NCBI RefSeq assembly: GCF_036321535.1
Contig: NC_087437.1
Coordinates: 79,548,001 to 79,612,000 of the forward strand
Reading direction: 5' to 3'
From: Camelus dromedarius
Taxonomy: Eukaryota
Length of the DNA: 64,000 nucleotides
A program made the position numbers and the translations under genes. A model generated the notes under the pieces. That model was not told the origin of the DNA, searched no databases, and worked only from the letters and a program-made list of their open reading frames with translations. Positions 52,680 to 64,000 of the stretch are shown piece by piece. Position 1 is the first letter of the stretch. Each line of letters starts with the position of its first letter.

Positions 52680-55600
52680 CGAAATAATAAAAACCACCAA
52701 TAAAAGTAAGCAGGTCGATAAATACAAACAAATGTTAACCATACAAAATGATAACTATAATATCTTCAAATGTTTAAAATGCATGTTAAATAAAATAATG
52801 CAAAGTCAGAAGCAAGTAAGTGGAAATAAAGTTTGAATGTTCCAGTGAGATCATCGAATGGTCATGGTAATATATACTATTTTTACATGAGAAAGTCAAA
52901 GAATACTTATTTTCTTAGGATAACCAAGAAAACCAACCAAGGGAAACCCACACACAATTTTGATAATAAAAAAACTAATTTAAACTAAATAAAATAAATA
53001 TAATTAAAATTTTAAAATCAAAACTCTAAAACAGGCCAGTCGTGAAGGAGTAACTGGTACCAGATGCATCCCTTCTTGATATTAAAGAAAAACAAAAAAG
53101 CAAAACTAGAAAACTGTACAAAATAAAATACAACAATGATTTTCAGACCTAAGACAATGAACCAGTGCAGGGCTCCATGTCCTGAGAGATGGGAAACAAG
53201 AAACCTGCCCTACAATCACTCCAGCTTCCTTCCTTCAGGCATTTTGGGGACATAACACAGATTGGGAAAAACCAAGTAGAGAAAGATGGGCTCACTGAGA
53301 TGAGGAGACAGAAGCCAGTGTTCAGGGAGAACAAAATAGCTGGAATTTGGGGGCAGAACACTGGCATAAAGGAAGCCATGTAGAGATACTTTGAGCACAA
53401 TGAAGGCTTGAGATTTCAGCAAGTTTACATGTTTACATGCAAGTTTACATGTCCATCTACCAGGATTTCATGGATAAACTAGGAGACCTGAGACTTTGAA
53501 ATTTGCAGGTCAGAGACAAAGGACAAAGAAAGAAAGAAAGAAAGGAAAAAAAGTTTATTTCTCATAGAAAATTGCCTTTCTGAAGTGTGTGGGCCAGAAG
53601 GAATTAAACAAAATAAAGCTGAAATAAAATTTACTTATTTTTAATTCTTAATGGTTCTAACAAATTATTGATTATCTAACACAAAAACAGTAGAACTTAA
53701 TTTTTTGTTTAGAACATAGAGCTAATGATACTATTTAAAGGTAGACTGAGATTCCTCTGATTCAGAATTAGGGAAGAGGGTGAGGGACAGAGGAGTCTTG
53801 GCCCTGTAGGACCTTGTGCCTATAAACAGACAGTCATCAGTCGAAAAAAAAAATGAAATACGTATATTTTAAACCCTATGCCAACCATTAAAGCATTTAA
53901 AAGAGAGGTATAAGTAAGTCAATAGTAGAGATAAAATGAAATTATAAAATGTGCTCAAACTAAAATGAGGCAGAAATAGAGGAAAAGAACAAAAAACAAA
54001 TTTATAATAGAGGGAAGAACTGGCAAGTTGAAATAGTTAATCCAGTAATATTTAGAATCACATTAAATCTGAGAAATCTAAACACACCAACTAAAAGATA
54101 GAAATAGATTAGGTGAAGAAGATCTAAATATATGCTGTTTACAAGAAACACACTTTAAATGTAAATATTATGTAAACTTTCATATATTTATGTCAATATA
54201 CCAGCACATTAAAAGTAAAAGGATTGAGAAAGATATGTAAGAACTATATAAAAGAAAGATACAGGAGCTATTTAATATCAGAAATCTAGATTTCATAATA
54301 AGGATGTTGTCAGGGTAAATATCTTTAAAATACACGAAGCAAAAACTGATAGATCTGAAATAAGACATGGACAAATTTGTAGTTGTAGTAAGGCACATTA
54401 ACACTTATCACTGTAATGACAGAATAAACAGGCAGAAGATCATTAATGATCTAGAGGATCTATTCAATACTATCAACCTACCTAACCCACTTGAGATTTA
54501 TAAAATATTCCACCTAACAATAGCATAATGTAATTTCTTTACAGATATGCATAGAATACTCACAATTATAGACTATATTCTGGGCCATAAACACACTGTA
54601 TCAAATTTAAAAGAATAGAAATCATACAAAGTAATAGAATTCAAATAGAAATTAATTAATCTAGGATAACCAAGTGGGAAAACACAACCTTAATAAAAAA
54701 ATAATTTAAGCTGAATAAACTGAATTCAATACAAATTTTAAAATCAAAACTATATATATTTATATATATATATGTGTGTGTGTGTATATATATATATAGT
54801 ATTGATTTATATAGAGAGAGTAAACATATAATTTGAAATTAAACAACAACGTATAAATAACTGTGTCTGGGCTACCCGTGACAGCTCCCCCAACCCAGGT
54901 TTGGTGGTTTGGTAGGTGGACTCGTAGAAACCAGTATACAGACTTATTCAGGGTTATGATTTATTACCATGAAATGATACCAGGTAAAATCAGAAAAGGA
55001 AAAACGCGCATGGTATGAAGTCCAGATAAACTAGGAACGAGCGTCCAAGACTGAGCTCTCAGTGAAGTCACACAATGTATCCCTAGTTTTTTTAGCATCA
55101 AATTCTGGTATGTTTTAAATGCTGTCTACCAGAGAAACTCATTTAGAGTCTCAGGGCCCGAAGTTTTTATTGGGAGGCTGGACACATAAGTCCACTCTGT
55201 CTAGCACATACATTCCAGATTCCCAAAAGGAAAGCAGCTGCTTAGCATAAACCACAGCACTTATATGAACAGATTAGGAACAAAGAGCCACTCCTCATCA
55301 GTTAAGTGGTAGGAACCCAGTCAAAACCTAAGTTCCCAGACACCAGCCAAGTCTATCCTTGCCAGCCAGCCTGCTCTGCTTACTCCCAGGCCTGCTATGT
55401 TAACTCTCTTCTACAACATAACCCATAGGTCAAAGAAGCTTCAGGAAATTTAAAAAATATTTCTAGCTGAATAAAAATGAAAATGCAACATACCAAAATT
55501 TGTAACACACAGCTAAAGCAATACTTACAGAAAAATTAATAGAAATAAATACATATATTAGTAAAGAATATCTAAAAACAGTGACCTAAGCTTTACTTTA

Positions 55601-56740
55601 AATCACTAAAGAAAAGAGAATTAATTAAATCCAAAGCAAGAAGAAGGGAGAAAATTATAAAAATCAGGTCAAAAATCAACAATACATAAAATCAAGGGAA
55701 CTATGGACTGGTTCTTTGAAAAGCAAATATAACTGATCAGTTTCCAGCCTGTCTGCCTGAACAAGCATAAATGAGAAATAAGAGAAAGTGCCAATCACCA
55801 ATTTCTGGAATAAAAGAAGAAATATCACCACTGATTCCCCAGATATTAAAAAGATGGTAAGAGGAGGCCCCTCTACATTCACAAATTTGAAATTTTAGAT
55901 AAAATGGACTAATTCCTTGAAAGACACAAACTACCAAAACTCCCTCAAAGACAAATAAAATGGACAGTCCTATCTATTAAAGATATTAAATATTCATCTT
56001 TTAAAAGCTTCCCCCAAAAGAAATTCAAATCACAGATAGTTTTACTCTCTAATTCACCAAACATTTAATGAAGAAATAATACTGCTTCTACACAGTATTT
56101 CCTAGAATAAAAAAGATAACAGACTGCTTCCCAATTCATTTTTTCTTGGCCTAACATTACTCTAATACCAAAACAAGACAAAGACATTGCTAAAAGCCAA
56201 TTTATAGGACAATACTATCAAGAATATAAACATGTAAGTTCTAGAAAAAAATTAAATCCAGCAATATGTCAAACAGATAATACATCACCTTCAAATGTAG
56301 TTTATTTCCATAATGGAAGGCTTATTAAACATTTGGTTATTAATGTAATTCACCACACTAACAGATAAAAGAAGGAAAAAAATATGTTCCTCTTAATGGA
56401 TGAAGAAAAAGTATTTGACAAAAATCAACATCCATTTGTGATAAGAACAATAAACAATTTAGGAATAAAAAGGAGCCTCTTTAAAAAGCACAAAGCATAA
56501 CTAGAAAAACAAAAACAAAGCGATTAACATCACATTTAACAGTAAAAGATTTTCCCTGAAGATTGAGAACAAGGTAAAGCTATCCTCTCAGATCACTCCT
56601 GTGTGACTCAAATAGAAGCACAAGATAGGGCAATAAAACATGTAAAAAAAAAATAGTGGACATAACAGAAAAACAATAACTGTCTAACAACAAAACCCCA
56701 AGGAAGTTACAAAAAAGATAGTTTTTTTTTTTATTTTCAT
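52680..56740 (+). mobile_element. Ancient L1M ORF1/ORF2 remnants, including a 5' UTR-like piece at about 53030-53500
   Basis: ORF2 words: tatgctgtttacaagaaacacacttt, atagactatattctgggccataaa, tggttctttgaaaa, aaagacacaaactaccaaaactc, tatttgacaaaaatcaacatccatt. Confidence 0.8.
54862..55417 (-). mobile_element. ERVL solo LTR, MER77/MER21-like
   Basis: tgtgtc...atgatttattac...gaaagcagctgcttagcataaacca...caggcctgctatgttaactctcttctac; 5-bp TSD ataac (54857-54861, 55418-55422) within L1. Confidence 0.85.
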
Positions 56741-58520
56741 TCTCAGGGATATTAGTCTGTAACTCCGTAACTACTCTATGTGTTCACTGGATTGCAAATA
56801 AATCAATGTACTATAGATAAAAAGAGCCCAATTCATCACTATAAGAAAAGTAACATAAAAAGAATGTGGGAAGGCTAGAATAGAGCTATAAGTATGAACT
56901 CCAAGTTTTTAAACTAGATATACAGGTATATACATTTGCATGTTTATGTGTATATATACATATATAACATGTATATGTGTGTTTATGTGTACACACACCC
57001 ACATACATATATGCTTTGTCAGCTGAGAAGGTCTAAAAGCAATGACAGTTCTGTAGCAAAGATTACACTTAGCACCTTGATGTTGGTTTATATATGTAAA
57101 TTTTTCACCAGAAGAAAGCAGGGATCCTTAAAAAATTTGTTAATTCCAGTGCTGAGAGAGGAAGATAAAAGAGAAAGTAAAGAAGTACCCAAAAGTGTTG
57201 ATACAAGCACGTTCAAATTGCGAAGGAGCCAAATGAAAAAACTCCTCGTGGCCAGAGCTGAAAAAGCTCTGGCCAAAAAATAAAATTATATAGATATAGA
57301 TACTATTAGATTTAAACCATGCAAAAAAAAATGTCCTTGTGTCCAGCCTGACATAAATAATTTTAAATTTTAATAAATAAGGAATAAAGGATAGTCCTTC
57401 CTTACAGAAGAAACTCATTTTAAAAATGTGTGAAGAATGATGGTGTCTTAACTTGAGGCACCATAGTAAGTTACCATTCATTGGGAAGCTTAAATCACAG
57501 ACAATAATTTTCTCACAGTGCTGGAGGCTGGAAGTCTAAGACCAGGGTGCCAGTACGGTCAGGTTATAGACAGTCCCCTTTCTGGCTTGCAGATGGCTGC
57601 CTTCTCACTGTGTCCTCACATTAACAGAGAGAGAAAGAAAACAATCTCTCTAGTGTCTCTTTTTATAAGGGCACCAATCCCATAATGCGCAGCTCTCTTT
57701 CATGATCTCAGCTAAACCTAATTGCCTCCCAAAGGCCCCATCTCCAAATACCATCACATTGAGGGTTAGAGCTTTAGCATATGAATTTGGAAGGAGACAA
57801 AATTCAGTCCTTTGCAGACAAAAGTAAAAATGGCCATGAGACCACCATAGTAACAAATGTTGCAGGTTCTACAAAAGGAGACTAAAATTAGTCAAACTTG
57901 CAGAGAAACAGGATGTTTACATAGTCCCAAAGTATCTCCCAGAAGATATTCAGGGGAAAATAGCCCCTTTTATAGTAGAGAAATATGCTAGACATGAATT
58001 TAACCAAGTGATCAAGGTTAGCATGCTCAGTAATAAGGCACAGGGTCATCCTGCATACCCTAACGTGATACCCTTGTGAAGGGTACATGACTTTGGTTGT
58101 ATTCTTGTCAAAAATGAATAATCTCAATCTCATCTGGAAGAAGTTGGAAAAACTCAAATTAAGGCACATTCTACAAAATAATGTACAGAACTATTCAATA
58201 ATGCAAAGGCCATGATTAACAAAGGAAGACTGAAGAGCTATCCCACACTGGAGAAGACAAAGGAGGCACTACAACTAAACGCAACATAGAATCCTGGGTT
58301 GGATCTGAAACAGAAGTACAGTAGTCAAAAAACAAACTCCAAATAAAATCTTTAGTTAATAAAATTGTAACAATATTAATTCCTTGTTTTGGTAACTATC
58401 CTCTGATTACATAAGATGTCAATAGTAAAGGTCAGTTAAAGGATATACTAGATATTTTTGTACCATGTTTTCAAAATTTCTGTAACCCTAATTTTTCTTT
58501 TCAAAATGAAAATTTAAAGA
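56740..58520 (+). mobile_element. L1MC/L1MD-type 3' UTR, interrupted by MLT1A
   Basis: ttaaccaagtgatcaaggttagcat, aatctcaatctcat, cattctacaaaataa, acaactaaacgcaac, acataagatgtcaata. Confidence 0.8.
57444..57816 (-). mobile_element. MaLR solo LTR, MLT1A-like
   Basis: ttctcacagtgctggaggctggaagtctaagaccagggtgcc...tggcttgcagatggctgccttctcactgtgtcctcaca...ggccccatctccaaataccatcacattg...aattcagtcc. Confidence 0.92.
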
Positions 58521-61500
58521 TAAATGTAGCAGATATAACAAGCAAATGACAATTATGTGAAAGTTGGAATTACTATATTAATAACACATAAAATAGATTT
58601 AAAGGCAAGAAATGTTACTACAGATAAACAGGAGTATATTGATGATAAAGGATAAAAATACATTAAAAAGACATAATTACAAATGATTAATTTTCCAATA
58701 ATAGCTCCTTTAAATATTTAGGAACATAGACAAAACCGAAGAAAATAAACAAAAGAAATAGGTAAAGCCACTATTATAATTGGATATGTTAACACGCCTT
58801 TCTCAGTTACTGATAGAATAGGTACACAAAATTCAGTAGTAATATAGAAAACTTGAACAACCATATCAAGCAAAAGTACCTAATTGGTATTCACAATTAA
58901 CTTTACCCAATGACAAAAGAATATAAATTCTTAAGTGTACATGGAAAAATCATCAAAGTGGACCAGACCAATTCTCAATAAATTGAAAACATTTTAATTC
59001 ATATAGATTATGTTCTATGATTACAATATAATGTAATTATATCAGAAATTAATAATGGAAAGATAGCTGGGATATCACCAACTATTTGAAAACCTCTCTC
59101 TCTTACTCTTTCTCTCACACACCCCCCAATAACCCACAAGTCAAAAAAAGATTTTATAAAATAATTTAGAAAATATTTTGAATGGAATGGGTATAAAAGC
59201 AAAATATACAAGTTTACTGAATTCTGCTAATACAGTACTTTATAGAAAATTTATAGCTTAAATGCTTATATTAGAAACTATTAAAGATATCAAATTAGTG
59301 AAATAAGTTGTTCATCTTAAGATGGGCAAAAGACCTGAACAAGCAGTTCTCCAAGGATGACATACAAATGATCAATAGGCACATGAAAAAATGCTCAATA
59401 TCACTAATTATCAGAGAAATGCAAATCAAAACTACAATGAGGTATCACCTCACACCAGTCAGAATGGCCATCATTCAAAAATCCACGAATGACAAATGCT
59501 GGAGAGGCTGTGGAGAAAGGGGAACCCTCCTACACTGCTGGTGGGAATGCAGTTTGGTGCAGCCACTGTGGAAAACAGTATGGAGATTCCTCAAAAGACT
59601 AGGAATAGACTTACCATATGACCCAGGAATCCTGCTACTGGGCTTATATCCAGAAGGAACCCTACTTCAGGATGACACCTGCACCCCAATGTTCATAGCA
59701 GCACTATTTACAATAGCCAAGACATGGAAACAGCCTAAATGTCCATCAACAAGTGACTGGATAAAAAAGAAGTGGTATATTTATACAATGGAATACTACT
59801 CAGCCATAAAAACCGACAACATAATGCCATTTGCAGCAACATGGATGCTCCTGGAGAATGTCATTCTAAGTGAAGTAAGCCAGAAAGAGAAAGAAAAATA
59901 CCATACGAGATCGCTCATATGTGGAATCTAAAAAACAAAAACAAAAACAAAAACATAAATACAAAACAGAAACAGACTCATAGACATAGAATACAAACTT
60001 GTGGTTGCCAAGGGGGTGGAGGGTGGAAGGGATAGATGGGATTTCAAAATTGTAGAATAGATAAACAAGATTATACTGTATAGCACAGGGGAATATACAC
60101 AAGATCTTATGGTAGCTCACAGAGAAAAAAATGTGACAATGAATATATATATGTTCATGTATAACTGAAAAATTGTGCTCTGCACTGGAATTTGACACAA
60201 CATTGTAAAATGATTATAAATCAATAAAAAATGTTAAGAAATATAGAGTGATAGGAAGATATATAGAAAGCTCTCTTGTCAATAAATTATTGGAAACAGA
60301 AAAAAAAAGAAATTAAAAAAAAGAATGGAATACAAACATTAGATAAAATCAAAGGAAAATGAAAAACTGATGCTTTGAAAGATCAATAAAACAGATAGAC
60401 CTATAATTATCTCTATATTAAGAAATAAGAATAAACAAAATAGCCAATATCAAAATGGGGGCATCACTAAAGATCTGAGGAAAGAAATTGTTTTAAGAAA
60501 ATATTCTGGACAGTTTTATGTTTACAAATTTGACTAGTTAAATGAAATGGACAAATGCTTTGAGTGACTCAAATTCTTAAACTGACCCAAGAAGAGACTG
60601 AAAATTTAAGTATCTCTACATCTATTATAGAATAAGTCAATTTTGTTATCAAACTCTTCCCCAGAGGAGAACTCCAAGCTTGGAAAACTCACCATTTTAA
60701 GAATTTTATCAAACTATTAATGATAAAATAATAGAAATCTCACAAAAGCTCAGAACAGTAGAAGAGGAGAAGCTTTTACAAATCATTTTATGAAGCTAGC
60801 ATTATCCTGATATGACAGTGAGATGTTATAAGAAACAAAAAATCTTAACAAATTATTTTCAAATCAAATTCAACAATGTAAAGGTGATCATCCATCCTGA
60901 CCAAGTAGTTCTCCTGAAAAATGCAAAGTTGAACATTATAAAGCAGACCACTGTAATCCACTATATTAACAGAAAAAAGTAGAAAATATTATAATCACCT
61001 TAATAAATGAGAAAGTATTTGACAAACTTCAGAAATAATACAAATTAAAAGTTGCAGCAAACTTGGAAAGGAATAAAACTTCACCAAGGGGCATGTAAGA
61101 AAGCCCTACAACTAAGATACTTAATAATTAAATGTTGAGAGTTTTTCCTCTAAAAGAAAAAACAGGACTAGAATTTCTTTTATTCAATATTGGACTGGAG
61201 GGCCTATCCAGTGCACTAATGTTAGAAAAAATAATACTGTTTTAAAAACTAACTGGAAAGCAAAAAAATGAAATTTAGACCATTCTAACAAATTCAAAAC
61301 ATGATTATAACTGATAAATATATTTAGCAAGGTTCAGAATAAGATTAGTAAAGAAATTAATTTTACTTCTATATATTCACAGCCAACTATTGAAAAGTAA
61401 AATTTTTTAAAAATCATATAATTTACAGTCATGTAAAAATTAAAATACTTAGTAATACATTTAACAAAATATGTGTAAGATAAGTTCATTTAAAACTGAA

Positions 61501-62170
61501 AAACATCACTGAAGACCTGAAAAACAGAGATTTATTATACTTATGGATTGGCACGTACGATATTTTGAAAATATTGATTTACCCTAAACTGATAGATGTA
61601 AATCAACCCCAATCAAAATTTCAAAGAATTTTTGAAGAACCTAATTCTCAAGTGTGTATGAAAGAATATAATTACATGAACTGATTTTGAGGTTTACTAT
61701 ATAAAGCTATAAAGTGTGTGCTGGTGTGGGGTGAGCTTAGATACCTGAATTAAATGAGCAGTATAGAGAATACACAATTAGACAAACAGATGTGATCAAT
61801 TTATTTTTTTTAAATCAAACTTCCAATATATTTCTAGCAGAAATAACTAAATACCCATAAAGGGTTGGGGTTGGAAAAAGGTAGTGAAGATCAAAAGTTT
61901 CATCACACAATTTAAAAAAATCAACCTCAAATTTATCATGCCTTGATACTGAAAAGCAAGAATAATAAGAATTCTAGAAGAAAATATAGGAGGAAATCTT
62001 TATGGCCATTAAGTTAGGCAAAGATAACTTAAGACGATACAAAACACAAAGCATAAAAGAAAAATATGGATAAACTGGGCTTTATCAAAATTAGAATGTT
62101 CGGCTCTTCAAAATATACCATTAAGAAAATAAAAATGAAAATACAAGCCACAGGCTGTCAAAGAAAATTT
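58520..62170 (+). mobile_element. Ancient L1M ORF2 remnant (host of the young L1 at 59323)
   Basis: Collinear degraded ORF2 words from the endonuclease region (aatagattttaaggcaaga) through RT (ttcaatattggactggag) to the 3' region (acaagccacag). Confidence 0.8.
59323..60237 (+). mobile_element. Young 5'-truncated camelid-type L1 with an uninterrupted ORF2 C-terminus
   Basis: About 200 open codons ([16 protein letters not shown]...[19 protein letters not shown]...SLICGI*), 3' UTR and AATAAA at 60223; TT/AAGA endonuclease site at 59317-59322. Confidence 0.96.
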
Positions 62171-63025
62171 ATATAAATATATACACGTGGTTACATACCT
62201 GTATACATACACAAACACATATATGTAAGAAGAACATGAAAGTAAAAAAGTCTTTGGCATTGTCATTTAACTGATCACAGAATAAAATTTGTCCATATCA
62301 AAAACACCAGGACTCAAAACACCTCTTATTCCATATTAGGACTCACACATCCCAGGATTAGAGTATTATTCTTCATCTAAAATTGATGGTTTATCTATTT
62401 AATCACTATCCATCTTATTTACTGTAACATTCATTCATTACTTATTAATATGGAACTCTAGATTTCTAAGGCTTACAGATAAAAACAAAATATGTGTAAA
62501 GAAAGACTAAATTTTTTTCAGGGCCAATATAATTTAACTAACTTTTTAAGAGATGACTTTGAATCATTTTTTCTTAACATCAAGAAGACATTTCTGATAA
62601 TCTGAATTTAATATTTATAGTTATGATTGTCACAGCTTGTGATTTTTTTTAAGAAAAACTATTATAGTCCTATTTAAAAGGTATATGATGCTGTAAAAAT
62701 TATGGTTAGTCAACCAGGAAAATAGCACATAATGCAGAAACTGAATTTGGTAATTCAGAGAAATTTTACTAATAGACTAATTTATGAAGCAGTGAACTAT
62801 GAAACTGCACAGGATAAGTAGTTCGTGGCAGACATTTCCTGCTAAGTAGCTGACGTTAACAAACGCAAACTCTGACAACTTTATGTGAAAACATAAATGG
62901 CATCATTTTCAAATTTGAAGAACAGGTGCAAGTAGTAAGCAATATAAGAGAAAGGAGGAAGGAAAATGCTCTTGAAACTTCGGACGTTATTTTAAGTACA
63001 AAGAAGGAAATTAATAGGATAGGAT

Positions 63026-63510
63026 TGTTAAAGCAGGCAAATAGCTAGATATGAGTAGAGAAAGAGGGGCACAAGGCCAAATGGTAGAAAACCATTGTTT
63101 AAAACGGGGGGTCCTTGGACAGACCAAGAAAAACAGGAACCTCTGGACTAACAAGAAACCATACATTCTGGGTTGACAAGTGTCCTGGAGGCAGGCAAAG
63201 AATCTCCACCATCTGAACATAGCATTTTGTTCATTATAGACCCACCTCAATGCAACCTTTCACTCGTTATGACCTCCATCTGAATGTAACCTTTTGTTCA
63301 TTATGACCTCATCCAGCTCCCCAATCAAGACTAAATAAGAATCAAAAATCCTCCCTCCACCGACCCTAGGAAGGTGGAGCTGGCATGAAGATCAGGAAGG
63401 ACGACCTCCAACCTCTCCCTGCCAATGAACATTCTGCCCATTCATTTTTACACCCGTGTAACCAGCTTGCCAAAGAAACTTGGGGCAGCTACCCACCTGA
63501 TAGCTCTTAT
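63026..63510 (+). mobile_element. ERV LTR (3'-incomplete) with internal tandem repeats
   Basis: Starts tgttaaagcaggcaaatagctag; GC-richer; three ~34-bp repeats at 63208-63310; no clear poly(A) signal or CA end. Confidence 0.65.
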
Positions 63511-63568
63511 TCATCAGCCTTTACCCTAAAATCTCAGCACAGACTACTGAGATTAACACAGTGGGTGA

Positions 63569-63964
63569 TGTGATAGATTATTGTTCAGCTAACATTTACT
63601 ACCTACTCCCTTCTCCCTTACTGCAATTCACGTCACTCTCCCTAACACTGGGAACTGCCACGGGAAATGTTTGACAGATGGAAAGTGAGCAAACATGACA
63701 TGAGAGAGGTACTAAATGCTTCCCTGATTGGCATCTCTCTTGCCTTTTTGCCCTCCCTCTGCCATGAAAAGAGTACGCCATGTTTCCAAATTGAGACACG
63801 GGTGGAGGTGACCTGAAATCAACCTGCAGACTGAAGCAAAGCCACCCAGGTAATCCAAAACTCCTTGAGAGAGAAAAAAAAGTGCTTTTCCTTACAAGCT
63901 TTTGAGGTTCAGGTTTTGTTATTATTGTTACTCAGCATTGCTATACTAAAATCTTACTAAAGCA
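63569..63964 (+). mobile_element. MaLR solo LTR, MLT1I/J-like
   Basis: tgtgatagattattgttc...ctctgccatgaaaagag...gacctgaaatcaacctgcag...ttgttactcagcatt. Confidence 0.75.
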
Positions 63965-64000
63965 TACGATATCACGTAAGTTATCAGTCAGTCCACTGTT

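Noticed and set aside
53420..53452. Repeated GTTTACA (FOX-like) words
   Set aside because: Short slippage duplication inside an old L1 remnant.

Overview
AT-rich mammalian genomic DNA, very likely camelid, because it carries a Vic-1-type tRNA-derived SINE and artiodactyl/camelid-type L1 3' UTRs. I recognise no intact host protein-coding exon. Roughly half of the window is interspersed repeat (L1 of several ages, L2, MIR, MaLR/ERV solo LTRs, hAT MITEs), with an RPS28 processed pseudogene at the left end and a 200-N scaffold gap. The most unusual structure is a nested L1-in-L1 at 33.9-42.4 kb. There, the 5' truncation point of the younger L1 coincides almost exactly with the left breakpoint of a ~1.8 kb deletion in the host L1. 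Other observations are a 5'-inverted (twin-primed) L1 inside an MLT1 LTR, two candidate L1 3' transductions, a strong plus-strand bias of L1s, and several well-formed minus-strand exon candidates that suggest a spliced, probably non-coding transcript. Repeat family names come from my recollection of consensus sequences, not from a search, and boundaries of old repeats are approximate. I found no evidence of a new multi-gene system.
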